The notes under the pieces: model-generated
What the model saw: the letters and a program-made list of their open reading frames with translations, nothing else
Databases searched by the model: none
What the model was told of the DNA's origin: nothing
Made by a program: the position numbers and the translations under genes
DNA from: Candidatus Falkowbacteria bacterium
GTDB lineage: Bacteria > Patescibacteriota > Patescibacteriia > UBA11705
Length of the DNA: 64,000 bases
Assembly (NCBI GenBank): GCA_003518055.1
Contig: DOZJ01000001.1
Location: forward strand, 68,253-132,252
Direction: 5' to 3'
Part shown: piece after piece, positions 55,102-64,000 of the stretch
Layout: each line of letters begins with the position of its first letter
Numbering within the stretch: position 1 is the first letter of the stretch

Positions 55102-55413
55102 ATGATCATCTTGTTTTTTGTCGGATTAGTCGAAATGGTGATTGTAACAAGCTGGACCAAGACCGTCACAGAATCAAAAGTGCTGATGAGCGGAGTGATT
55201 ACGGTGTTAAATATCGCGATTTGGTATTACGTGTTGGAAAAAATCGTGAGTGATATCACCAATATTGCGCTGATTGCCATGTACGCGATCGGCTGCGCGG
55301 TCGGGACAATGATTATGACGTATTGTTTCAGCGTTAAGAAAAATAAAAAATCATCGAAGACGATGACTGAATGGGAACATCAGCATTTGTCGGTTGATGA
55401 TTTAAACATGTGA
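55102..55413 (+). CDS. small membrane protein, UPF0316/DUF2179-like
   Basis: 'VLNIAIWYYVLEKIVSDITNIALIAMYAIGCAVGT' resembles the UPF0316 N-terminal domain. Start trimmed to Met17. Confidence 0.4.
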   Translation: MIILFFVGLVEMVIVTSWTKTVTESKVLMSGVITVLNIAIWYYVLEKIVSDITNIALIAMYAIGCAVGTMIMTYCFSVKKNKKSSKTMTEWEHQHLSVDDLNM

Positions 55414-55533
55414 AACAGGAAATTGTCAGTCTCGGGGCCGACGACTGGCCTGGAGGCCAATGAAACCGCTCAACGATAAGGATATTGTTGGGCGGTTTTT
55501 ATTTTGAGGCGATTAAAATTCAAACGTACAGTT

Positions 55534-56802
55534 TTAAGCATCATTTTTGACGGATTTTAATTTGTCCGGCGGGAAAACGATTAAGCTCAAGAAGATGATA
55601 ATAAACATTCCCGCCGCCGCGGCGATAAAACTGACGGGAAAAACATTGATAATGAGATATAACACGCCATAGAATAATATCCGAGGTGCCATGGCAAAAA
55701 GATTGCGGTAGGTCGAGGCGGTCAGGATGTCTTTTTTTTCAGCTTTTTCAAAAATGGTACTTTCGAGCGGTAGTGAAATTAAAATCGTAAATAAACCGAT
55801 TAAAAATATAGTGATGAAATAAAAGATAGCGTTGCTGAATAATAGTCGGGTAATCCAAGTGAGAGCGATCAGGGCGGCGCCGGTAACGATCATGGTTTCG
55901 CGGTTTGATTTTTTGACGTGGCCGCTGAAGTAGGTGAAGATCATGGTGGTCAGAGAGACAATTATCGGGATCGCGGCGACGGATTGCACTGATTCAAAAA
56001 TGGTATAGATATAAATCGGCCAGATCATGCCTTCGGCTACGACGTGAAAAGAATTGAAGGCGGTGATTAAATATTCTTTGAGGTCGCGCCAGCTGGAGAA
56101 AAAAGCGCGGAAACTAACAGGCGGGTGTTTGGGGCGATCATCAATGTCTCTAATCTGAAATAACGGCCAGAGAGAAAGAATCAAAATAATGATGCTGCAT
56201 AATATGAGGATGTGTTCCGTAGTAAAAATAATGATAAGCGCGCCAAAGAGCGGGGCCAACACGCCGGCGAATTTTTTGGCAATATAAAGCAGGCTATTGT
56301 CTCTTTGAATATTATTTTTGTGCGGGCTGCATTTGACGAAGAAATAGATATGCGACACCCAATAAAGCGCGTCGTAAAGAGAGACGAAAAAAGCCATAAA
56401 AATTAACAGCGGCCAGTTGCCGGGGGTGAGGGAGTAGAATAAAATAAAGAAAATTATATAGGCGATTGTTCCGAGAGCGGTGGCTTTTTTGGCGCCGAAT
56501 CTGTAAGTGAAGAAATGAGCGAAAAAATTTAATGGCAGATTGAAAATGTTGAATATCAGGTAAAATAAAATCACCTCATTCAGGCTGTACCCGGTTTTGA
56601 GCAAAATGATCGGGATAAAAACGGAAATCAACGATTGGCCAAAGACATGAAGCCAAGCGGATAATTCAAATTGCCAGAAATCAGTGCGAAAAAAACGGTA
56701 GAGCTCATCGTAATGAAATTTTTGATAAAGTCTCATGATCGGTTTATTGATATTTACTGACTTATTATAACATAAAGTTTGCAGCGGTGATATTGAAATC
56801 AT
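55534..56802 (-). CDS. MFS transporter
   Basis: 422 aa, 12 predicted TM helices in a 6+6 arrangement. Confidence 0.6.
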   Translation of the reverse strand: MISISPLQTLCYNKSVNINKPIMRLYQKFHYDELYRFFRTDFWQFELSAWLHVFGQSLISVFIPIILLKTGYSLNEVILFYLIFNIFNLPLNFFAHFFTYRFGAKKATALGTIAYIIFFILFYSLTPGNWPLLIFMAFFVSLYDALYWVSHIYFFVKCSPHKNNIQRDNSLLYIAKKFAGVLAPLFGALIIIFTTEHILILCSIIILILSLWPLFQIRDIDDRPKHPPVSFRAFFSSWRDLKEYLITAFNSFHVVAEGMIWPIYIYTIFESVQSVAAIPIIVSLTTMIFTYFSGHVKKSNRETMIVTGAALIALTWITRLLFSNAIFYFITIFLIGLFTILISLPLESTIFEKAEKKDILTASTYRNLFAMAPRILFYGVLYLIINVFPVSFIAAAAGMFIIIFLSLIVFPPDKLKSVKNDA

Positions 56803-56860
56803 GGGCAGGGTGAATTATTGGCCATGATAATAAAAAACAGCGTGATGTTAACGTTGTTTT

Positions 56861-57616
56861 TTAGTCCCAGTAGGCGAAGTCAGTTCTCCAGTCGGGGAAA
56901 TGTTCATCAAGCCATTTGTAGGCTTCGTGATATTGCGGCTGTAGCTGCTCAGCGCGGTTTTTGTATGTTACCTGTTTTGATCTGCTGGTAAAAACTGTTT
57001 TGCCCTTGCCGCCGGAGTCGCGAGCAACAATGCTCATAGTATAAACATCACCATCCTGACGAACGATGAATTCAGTGACATGGAAGAAGGTACACCAGAA
57101 TACCATAGGGAATCCATGTTTGTAATCAATGATTGCCCGTAAACGGTTCTGTGCGTCAATCAATTCTCCATTAAGGTATTTCCAGCCAAAGGGAAGGCCG
57201 ACAGGGATGAAATCGTGGGCGGAATAATCTGAATCAGGTTCAGAGGCGGCAAAGAGAAAACCGAGATTTTCCATTTCTGCTCGATAAGATGTTCGGGCAT
57301 CAACAGGCAGTTCAGCAAGTTCCGGTTCATAGATAATGATATCTTTAACCACTGAAACAGCGGAGTTGATCAGGTGATGAATCTGAGCTGAGAATGGATT
57401 TGTCTCGTCGGGGATCGGCCGTGATTCTTGGTCACGCAGTTTGGCTTGAAGGTTGAGCCAGTTGGTTTTGAGTTCATCAAGAGTCGGCTGATCGCCCTCA
57501 AGCCAGAGTCGTTGGTCGGTCAGCCATCTGGAATTTGATTCACGGAAGAGGATCTGAATAATTGAACGAAGATGTTCAACCAGTGGCTGATTGAATGAAA
57601 TCAGCATCGCGGTCAT
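56861..57616 (-). CDS. hypothetical soluble protein (about 251 aa)
   Basis: 'aaggagg' RBS before Met20 of the ORF-track protein. No motifs recognised. Confidence 0.4.
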   Translation of the reverse strand: MTAMLISFNQPLVEHLRSIIQILFRESNSRWLTDQRLWLEGDQPTLDELKTNWLNLQAKLRDQESRPIPDETNPFSAQIHHLINSAVSVVKDIIIYEPELAELPVDARTSYRAEMENLGFLFAASEPDSDYSAHDFIPVGLPFGWKYLNGELIDAQNRLRAIIDYKHGFPMVFWCTFFHVTEFIVRQDGDVYTMSIVARDSGGKGKTVFTSRSKQVTYKNRAEQLQPQYHEAYKWLDEHFPDWRTDFAYWD

Positions 57617-57766
57617 GACGCCTCCTTGGTTGGGGTTGATGAATAATAATAGCAAACAATTTGTAAAAGTCAATGAATGGTTGGGTTATTTGGTTAAAAA
57701 TAGAGCGGCAATTGACAAGGATAACTTTTTGTGTTAATATTTCAGGTTCAAACCAAGGAGGAACTG

Positions 57767-58654
57767 ATGGTACAAGCCTTGAAAGAGCTTCAAGATTGGC
57801 TGAATGAAGTCACATGGATTATTTCCACTTTTGACGCGGCGAGAGGGTATGGTTTTGATTGGTATGAGAAATTTTGCCGGACGGTCAAAATTCGGCCAAT
57901 TAAAGAACCTCGAGAGCGGTATACAGAGAAAGCGGGATTTCATTATATGTTTTTTGTCATCGAATCAGCACCGGAAACGGTGGACCAGCTGGGCGCGATT
58001 GCCGCTGAGTTGAACTCTTGTCCAGTGGGTGATCGGGTGCGGCAGCTCGTGCGCAATGCGTATGAAATCGTTTATCTGAATAAAGATGCAGCCGAGTTGG
58101 TTGATAAAGAATTTTTGGCCGGTACGATTGACAGCCGAAATCCGATTGAATTGATGAAACGATCACGCTGGCGGCATATTTATCGTTGGTATCATCATGT
58201 TAATCCGGTAGCGTGGCTAATGCGTCTGGCGTTAAGGTTCGTTGATGCTCGGAATTATCCAATTGCTGGAGGCCGGGCAGCGGCTGCGATGTCATTGATT
58301 GGTCATGGCGCACTTTTGTTGATTTTTGGTTCCTGGTGGCTGGATGATTTCTATCTGGCTTTGATCGGGGTGGTGGGTGTGTCTCCCTTTTTATATTTTT
58401 CGGCCAGAAGTAATGTGGTTTTGGGAAGATTGATTTATAATAGCCGCGCTGTAGCGGCCAAGCGACCAACCACCACCGAGGAGAGGCATTTGATGACAAA
58501 TGACCAGTGGGAATGCGCTAATCTCGACGTGGACAAGGCCATGAGTGATGATGAATTTGCGCGTTACCTGAATGAAGGTTGGACGCTGGTGGAAATGTTT
58601 TCCGTCAATCATCAGCGGTTCGTGTACAAGTTTAAGCGCAAGGTGGTGGCTTGA
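57767..58654 (+). CDS. hypothetical protein with central TM segments (about 295 aa)
   Basis: 'aaggagg' RBS before Met13. 2-3 TM helices in the middle. Confidence 0.4.
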   Translation: MVQALKELQDWLNEVTWIISTFDAARGYGFDWYEKFCRTVKIRPIKEPRERYTEKAGFHYMFFVIESAPETVDQLGAIAAELNSCPVGDRVRQLVRNAYEIVYLNKDAAELVDKEFLAGTIDSRNPIELMKRSRWRHIYRWYHHVNPVAWLMRLALRFVDARNYPIAGGRAAAAMSLIGHGALLLIFGSWWLDDFYLALIGVVGVSPFLYFSARSNVVLGRLIYNSRAVAAKRPTTTEERHLMTNDQWECANLDVDKAMSDDEFARYLNEGWTLVEMFSVNHQRFVYKFKRKVVA

Positions 58655-58870
58655 AGAAGATTTGATTCGGTGAATACTAGATGTGATGGTAGTTGAAATT
58701 AAAGGTTTCAAGCAACAATCGGGAAGGGTGGGTGGCGGTAATCACTACTGATTTTGCTTTTTGTTATCATTTCAAGCAGCTGAAGGAAGAAGAGTGAATA
58801 GAATCAAATGATTCTATTTTTTTGTAAGGAAACACTCCATGTGGCTGGAGTTTTTGGATTAATTTTGTGG

Positions 58871-59110
58871 TTATAGGTTGTAGGTGGTATCACTACGTCT
58901 TTCGATGGTTAATAGCCGTATAGAGGTTTTGTCTTTGATGAAAATAATCCGAATTTTGCCGGAGCGGATGCGATAAATGCTGTTTTCCCCTTTCAATTTG
59001 ACAATATCACAATCAGCCAAATTGTTTGTTTTAATTTTTTGTAGCAGGATTTTTATTTTTTTTCTTTCGTCTGGAGTAAGTTTAGATAAAGCTTTGAGGA
59101 TTTTGTCCAT
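58871..59110 (-). CDS. type II toxin, RelE/ParE superfamily
   Basis: 79 aa with 'IYRIRSGKIRIIFIKDKTSIRLLTIERRSDTTY', the typical RelE/ParE C-terminus. 2-nt gap from the upstream antitoxin. Confidence 0.6.
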   Translation of the reverse strand: MDKILKALSKLTPDERKKIKILLQKIKTNNLADCDIVKLKGENSIYRIRSGKIRIIFIKDKTSIRLLTIERRSDTTYNL

Positions 59111-59112
59111 AG

Positions 59113-59319
59113 TTATAGACGAGTTAAAACTTCTTCAATGTCAATGCCTCCGGGTTGAAGTTTGGTGAAGTCAATAACTTCTTCCCAGTGTTCTTCTAAG
59201 GGGGTGATTTTGAATAGCGGTTCGGACTTGCGATAAACGATGTAGGACTCGCCTCCGTGAACGTTTTTGGCGAATTTGTCGATATTTTCGCGCAGCTCCT
59301 TTAAGCCAATTCGAGTCAT
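59113..59319 (-). CDS. type II antitoxin, Phd/YefM-like
   Basis: 68 aa, 'IGLKELRENIDKFAKNVHGGESYIVYRKSEPLFKITP' resembles the YefM/Phd fold. Confidence 0.5.
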   Translation of the reverse strand: MTRIGLKELRENIDKFAKNVHGGESYIVYRKSEPLFKITPLEEHWEEVIDFTKLQPGGIDIEEVLTRL

Positions 59320-59574
59320 ATAGTTTAAGTTAATTATAAGGTTATCATAAGTTTATCTTATGTTTATTTTTTTGTCAAATGGCTTTAGCGGAGTATAACC
59401 GAATAAGAGTCAAGATGATGATCTTCACGGCATGATGCGGATGATTTTTGAACTGGCATGGAGAGGGGCGGATAAAATTACAGAGTAAAGTTATATATTA
59501 TCAAGAATAAAAAAGAATGTTATCCGGGGATAATATTCTTTTTTTTGATTGTCAGACGAAGCTGGTAAGTAAAG

Positions 59575-59648
59575 TTTGAAGCTCCATCCCGCCCCTCGCG
59601 AGGGGCGAGGATCCGTAGTGTGGGATGTTAGAACTTGTTTAGGTGGAT
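59575..59648. repeat. copy 1 of the 45-bp 'gagctccatagtgtgggg.gtta..a.ttgttt' repeat, interrupted by a 29-bp GC palindrome insertion (cccgcccctcgcgaggggcgagg)
   Basis: Aligns to copies at 60281-60327 and 63651-63700 once the insert is removed. Confidence 0.6.
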
Positions 59649-60148
59649 AACCATTTTAATGTATTTTCAAAACTTATCTTTATGCGTTGTTTAAAGTTTG
59701 TATCTGAAATATGTAGATTAATATCATCGGAATATTTTTCAAGAAAATTATTGTGATCATTAATGAATTCATCAATTTTATCTAATGATTCATGATAGCC
59801 TTTTATTTTATAAAGTTGAACTAATAGATCTTTTGTTAAGTCTAGACTGATTATATAGTATTGGTAGTTGTTAGTTGTAAGTGATTGTTTTAGTTTTTCC
59901 CACTCTCTGTCAATACTGGCATCAAGTATGAAAGATATTCTACTTTGGATAATTTCTTGGTATCTTTCATTGCGACGTTTTAAATGTTCTTCGTTGTCCA
60001 GTGAGCCTAGGTCTTATATAACTTCAAAACGAATAGCGTCGTTATTAAATATAGGTATATTCAATTTGGGACTTAAATAATTGGCAATGGGTGATTTTGA
60101 ACTACCAACCGCACCAGCAAATAAGATGACAAATTTTTCTTTTTTCAT
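59648..60148 (-). pseudogene. frameshifted or interrupted P-loop kinase-like gene
   Basis: The minus-strand reading 'MKKEKFVILFAGAVGSSKSPIANYLS...' hits a stop after about 48 codons. It continues in another frame for about 120 codons ('...EHLKRRNERYQEIIQSRISFILDASIDREWEKL...') with no in-frame Met. Confidence 0.45.
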
Positions 60149-60280
60149 ATATTATAAAGGTTAATCGTTTATAGTATAGTTATATTCTCCTATGGGGTCA
60201 AGAAAATTTAAAAGAAAAAACTGCTAAGGTCCGCCTTCGCTAAAGCTATGGCGGACACGGCAAGTAAAAAATTAATGGTC

Positions 60281-60327
60281 TTTTCTGGAGCTCCATAGTG
60301 TGGGGTGTTAGGACTTGTTTTGTTTAT
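60281..60327. repeat. copy 2 of the 45-bp repeat
   Basis: 'ttttctggagctccatagtgtggggtgttaggacttgttttgtttat'. Confidence 0.6.
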
Positions 60328-60330
60328 CGG

Positions 60331-60360
60331 TTGACACCGTAAAATATTTATGATAATGTT
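60331..60360 (+). promoter_or_regulatory. sigma70-like promoter TTGACA-16-TGaTAATG for the NDT-NUDIX gene
   Basis: Read directly, about 55 nt upstream of the start. Confidence 0.4.
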
Positions 60361-60414
60361 TTATGATGATTTTTAACAATTTTACTCACGACCACCAACA
60401 AGAAAAGGGGACAA

Positions 60415-61575
60415 ATGATGCAAGTCGTCTATGCAAGAGAATCGCCACCTGAAGAAATTACAAAAAGTATTTTTCTTGCTGGTCCATCTCCTAGAGATGA
60501 TTCACATTTAAATTGGCGTGTTGAAGCTTTGGAAATTCTTCAGAGGATTGGTTATGATGGTGTAGTTTTTATTCCTCTTCCTCGTGACGGAAATTGGAGT
60601 CACTCGTATGATTCTCAGGTCATTTGGGAATCAACATACTTGCACATGGCGGATTTAATTGTTTTTTGGATTCCCCGTGATCTCCACGCTCTACCTGCTT
60701 TTACAACTAATGTTGAGTTTGGATGGTGGTTTAGTTCCGGTAAGGCAACCTTGGGATTTCCTGTCCACGCACCAAAAATGAGATATTTGGAGCATCACGC
60801 CAAGGATGAATGTGTTTCAATTTTTTACACGCTTGAAGATACACTTCAGGGTGTTGTTCAAAAATTGGGTGATGGTTCACTTCGAGTTGGCGGCCAGAGA
60901 GAGGTCCCACTTTATATTTGGAAAACAAATCATTTCCAGGCTTGGCATCGTGCTCAGGTTGGTGCGGGTAATCGTCTTGATGGAGCAAAGGTTGTTTGGA
61001 CTTTTAGAGTTGGACCGCAGAAGAATTTTGTTTTTTTCTGGGCTATTCATGTAGATGTCTACATTGCAAATGAAGATCGGCATAAGACAAATGAAGTCGT
61101 GATTTCACGGCCGGATATTGCGACGATCGTGGCATATAGACCGGCACCGGATGTTTTGGACTCACAAGTCGTGTTGATTCGAGAATTTCGATCGCCGGCA
61201 ACGACTGATGATGGATTTATTCGGGAGGTTCCTGGTGGTTCATCATGGAAGCCGGGTGAAAATCCGTTTGTCACAGCGGCTCATGAGTTGGCAGAAGAGA
61301 CGGGGTTTTCTGTTGAAGCTTCACGATTGAGATTTGTTGGAGCTAGGCAGGTGGCTGGAACTCTTTCAGCGCATAAGGCTCATGTATTCGCGTGTGAAGT
61401 GACCGATGAAGAATTGGAGTCTTTGCGGCAACAGAAAGGGGTGGCTCATGGCGTAGTTGAAGATACGGAAAGAACTTACGTTGAAGTTCACCGACTGGGT
61501 GATTTGATTGACAGTCGGTCCAATGCGGTTGACTGGTCCATGCTCGGTATGATTTTGACGGTGCTCAATCAATAA
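60415..61575 (+). CDS. fusion protein: nucleoside 2-deoxyribosyltransferase-like N-domain + NUDIX hydrolase C-domain
   Basis: N-terminus 'KSIFLAGPSPRDD...HMADLIVFWIPRD...TNVEFGWWFSSGK' (NDT/DNPH1-like fold motifs). C-terminus NUDIX box 'GGSSWKPGENPFVTAAHELAEETGF'. Confidence 0.55.
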   Translation: MMQVVYARESPPEEITKSIFLAGPSPRDDSHLNWRVEALEILQRIGYDGVVFIPLPRDGNWSHSYDSQVIWESTYLHMADLIVFWIPRDLHALPAFTTNVEFGWWFSSGKATLGFPVHAPKMRYLEHHAKDECVSIFYTLEDTLQGVVQKLGDGSLRVGGQREVPLYIWKTNHFQAWHRAQVGAGNRLDGAKVVWTFRVGPQKNFVFFWAIHVDVYIANEDRHKTNEVVISRPDIATIVAYRPAPDVLDSQVVLIREFRSPATTDDGFIREVPGGSSWKPGENPFVTAAHELAEETGFSVEASRLRFVGARQVAGTLSAHKAHVFACEVTDEELESLRQQKGVAHGVVEDTERTYVEVHRLGDLIDSRSNAVDWSMLGMILTVLNQ

Positions 61576-61692
61576 ATCGTTCTAAAGAGAGCGGTTTTTT
61601 TTGTAATAAAAATATCTGATTTAAGCAGATATATTTATTAATGAAGTATTAGTTGTTGACCCAAAGTAAAAATTCATTATAATTAAGGGCAT

Positions 61693-63447
61693 ATGTCAAA
61701 TTTGTTACAAGTGACGGATCTCTCAAAATCATATAGCGGCCAAGTTGTTTTGGATGCCGCGGCTTTTAGTGTTGGCGCGGGTAAGAAGATTGCAGTTATC
61801 GGCAGAAATGGGGCCGGGAAGTCAACACTGTTCAAAATTATTACCGGTCAGGAAGAAGCGGATTCGGGAAATCTCATTTTCTCCGCTCAGACCAGATTGG
61901 GCTATTTGAAGCAAGAAGATGATTTTCAGGAAAATGATACGGTTTTGTCGTATCTACAACGAAAAAGTGACGTCGAAGAATGGCGGTGCGCCAAAGCCGC
62001 CGCGCAGTTTGAATTGAAGGATGAGAAATTGGAAGCTTTGGTTTCCACGTTGTCCGGCGGCTATCAAATGCGGGTAAAATTGGCGTCAATGCTACTGCTC
62101 GAGCCGAATTTAATTTTGCTTGATGAGCCGACAAATTATCTTGATTTGAGTACGACTCTTTTGTTGGAAAAATTTTTGCGAAGTTATCGGGGGACTTATT
62201 TGGTGATTTCGCATGATCGCAATTTTATCAAGAATACATGTACTGAGGTTTTGGAGCTTGAGTGGGGCAAGGCATATTATTTCCCAAATTCACTGGAGCA
62301 TTATTTTGAATACAAAGAAAAAAAGTTGGAAACGGATTTGAATTTTAATAAAAAACAAGAAAAAAAGAAGCAACATTTGCAGCAGTTTGTTGATCGGTTT
62401 GGAGCCAAAGCCTCAAAAGCCTCGCAGGCGAAATCAAAATTGAAACAAATTGAACGATTGGAGACAATTCAAATCCAAAGTTCATTGGCCGGTGTCAGGA
62501 TGAAGATACATGATGTAAAAGCCGTGCATGGTTTTGTTTGGCGATTGAAGGATTTGGCTATCGGTTATGGTTCCAAGGTTGTGGCTGGAAATATTGATTT
62601 GGATCTGGAGCGAGGGTCTCATGTATCGATTCTGGGTGATAATGGACAAGGCAAAAGTACATTTTTGAAGACATTGGCTGAGCGAATAGAGCCGGTTTCA
62701 GGAAGTTATAAAAAATTGGAGGGAGTCAAAGTGGCATATTATGCTCAACACGTAATGTCTGAAATGGGTGGTTCGGAAACGGTCAAACAGTATTTGGAGC
62801 GAGCGGCACAATTTAATATTTTGGAGGAAGAAATTTTCAAGATGGCCGGGAATTTTCTGTTTCGTGATGATGATTTGAAAAAGCCGATTTCGATTTTGTC
62901 CGGAGGTGAGAAGGCAAGGTTGTGTTTGGCGGGGATTTTGCTTAATACTTATGATGTGCTACTTTTGGATGAGCCGACCAGTCATTTGGACTTTGAGACG
63001 GTTGAAGTGTTGGCCAGATCTCTGGCGGGAACCAATGTGGCGGTGTTGTTCGTCAGTCATGATCGTGACTTTATTAAAATCTTGGCTGAGAGGATTCTGG
63101 AGGTCAAAAACGGCACAATTAAACATTTTTACGGTGATTTCGATGATTATATAGAATATTTACAAAAAAATTCAAATCAAGAAACAGATGAGGCTAAGGC
63201 TCGAACACCAAGAGTAAACGTAAACCACCGAAAATCAATTTTGGCCGAGGAAAAGATGAAGAAAAGGGAACTGGAACGTATAGAAAAAATGATTGATTCT
63301 TTGAAGAAAGACCGTGAGGAAATTTTGAAGATGTTTGCCGAGAATCCAACCAAGATAAATTTATCATTAGATAAAAGAAGAAAAACAATTGAATTGGAAA
63401 TAAAACAATGGGAAGAAAAATGGTTTGAATTATCAGTACATATTTGA
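61693..63447 (+). CDS. ABC-F family ATPase (tandem ABC domains, no TMD)
   Basis: Two Walker A ('GRNGAGKST', 'GDNGQGKST'), two signatures ('LSGGYQMR', 'LSGGEKAR'), inter-domain linker, charged C-terminal coiled coil. Confidence 0.8.
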   Translation: MSNLLQVTDLSKSYSGQVVLDAAAFSVGAGKKIAVIGRNGAGKSTLFKIITGQEEADSGNLIFSAQTRLGYLKQEDDFQENDTVLSYLQRKSDVEEWRCAKAAAQFELKDEKLEALVSTLSGGYQMRVKLASMLLLEPNLILLDEPTNYLDLSTTLLLEKFLRSYRGTYLVISHDRNFIKNTCTEVLELEWGKAYYFPNSLEHYFEYKEKKLETDLNFNKKQEKKKQHLQQFVDRFGAKASKASQAKSKLKQIERLETIQIQSSLAGVRMKIHDVKAVHGFVWRLKDLAIGYGSKVVAGNIDLDLERGSHVSILGDNGQGKSTFLKTLAERIEPVSGSYKKLEGVKVAYYAQHVMSEMGGSETVKQYLERAAQFNILEEEIFKMAGNFLFRDDDLKKPISILSGGEKARLCLAGILLNTYDVLLLDEPTSHLDFETVEVLARSLAGTNVAVLFVSHDRDFIKILAERILEVKNGTIKHFYGDFDDYIEYLQKNSNQETDEAKARTPRVNVNHRKSILAEEKMKKRELERIEKMIDSLKKDREEILKMFAENPTKINLSLDKRRKTIELEIKQWEEKWFELSVHI

Positions 63448-63650
63448 TCGGTATAAAAATCGCATATGATTTATGCGTTTTTTTATTTTAGTTGAGGCAA
63501 TCTTTGGTTTTGAGAAAATCAACGGATGTCGGGGCTGAACCTTGAATTATTTCATTAAAAATGTTTTATGTATCAGGTATGTATGAACTAGTAATTTTGT
63601 TTCGGTCCACGTCAAGGGGAATGTTTAAAACATATGTTTGAGATAGTGTT

Positions 63651-63700
63651 TTTCTTTGGAGCTCCATAGTGTGGGGCGTTATAATTTGTTTTGTTTAAAA
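63651..63700. repeat. copy 3 of the 45-bp repeat
   Basis: 'tttctttggagctccatagtgtggggcgttataatttgttttgtttaaaa'. Confidence 0.6.
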
Positions 63701-63756
63701 AAGCCACAGAAGATTCTGTGACAAAGGTAATACAGTTTTTTATAGTTATTCAGTTA

Positions 63757-64000
63757 ACGTGTGGGGTTGACTCGGTTACAATTGATATCGGTAACAAAAC
63801 CAGGAAGATTCATGACTTTGTCGAAATCTCTTTGATGGAAAACGATACCTCCAGCAGATTCAGAAGAAATAAGACGGCAAAGGGGATTTTGATCGTCCCA
63901 ATTAATTTCTTCACAATCAATTTCAGCAGGAACCCAAAGACGTCCACGCCCCTCTCGTCCTTCTCTACTTCTAACTTCATCTCGGATATAATCTGGTAAA
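63757..64000 (-). CDS. 3' end of a minus-strand ORF running off the window (hypothetical)
   Basis: The minus frame reads '...DYIRDEVRSREGREGRGRLWVPAEIDCEEINWDDQNPLCRLISSESAGGIVFHQRDFDKVMNLPGFVTDINCNRVNPTR*'. No family assigned. Confidence 0.3.

Overview
The window is 64 kb of low-GC (~40%), gene-dense sequence with the hallmarks of a Candidate Phyla Radiation (Patescibacteria)-type genome: many small hypothetical and membrane proteins, multiple TrbC/VirB2-like pilin paralogs, and patchy core metabolism. I found no rRNA, tRNA or CRISPR array.

Genes I can support from the proteins:
- Housekeeping and DNA functions: GalU, a sugar-type ABC substrate-binding lipoprotein, YebC, RuvC, a class A PBP, SMC, a PurA-like protein and an ABC-F ATPase.
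- Regulators and homeostasis: two TrmB-like regulators, a Fur/Zur-family regulator beside a ZIP zinc transporter, a receiver-like domain, a SpeH-like AdoMet decarboxylase and a PP2C-like phosphatase.
- Coenzyme A: a split, eukaryote-type CoaB and CoaC pair downstream of a PF04909-type amidohydrolase.
- Envelope and transport: a secreted GH9 glycoside hydrolase, an MFS transporter and three GT-C-like polytopic membrane proteins.
- Nucleotide-linked: two NUDIX proteins, one fused to a nucleoside-2-deoxyribosyltransferase-like domain, and a RelE/ParE plus Phd-like toxin-antitoxin pair.

Features that stand out:
1. A tandem array of eight divergent TrbC/VirB2-type pilin-like genes, each followed by members of a modular intergenic repeat family.
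2. That repeat family recurs at more than 12 loci. It includes a hairpin with a conserved 14-nt loop and covarying stems (5 copies) and a nested cctgcc/ggcagg palindrome (3 copies).
3. A candidate peptide-ligase system: a PKD-domain 7TM protein translationally coupled to a RimK-like ATP-grasp fused to a retropepsin-like (DTGA) domain, followed by two further ATP-grasp genes and then PBP1A.
4. Three tandem paralogous small zinc-ribbon proteins upstream of a NUDIX gene.
5. A small islet bracketed by a 45-bp repeat, holding the toxin-antitoxin pair, a frameshifted P-loop kinase and the NDT-NUDIX fusion.
6. A 1045-aa acidic repeat protein with a coupled 63-aa partner, divergent from a 651-aa internally repetitive protein.

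All functional calls come from motif-level reading of the supplied translations, with no database search. The ORF track appears to allow GTG/TTG starts, so several N-termini were trimmed to ATG codons with good Shine-Dalgarno sequences.
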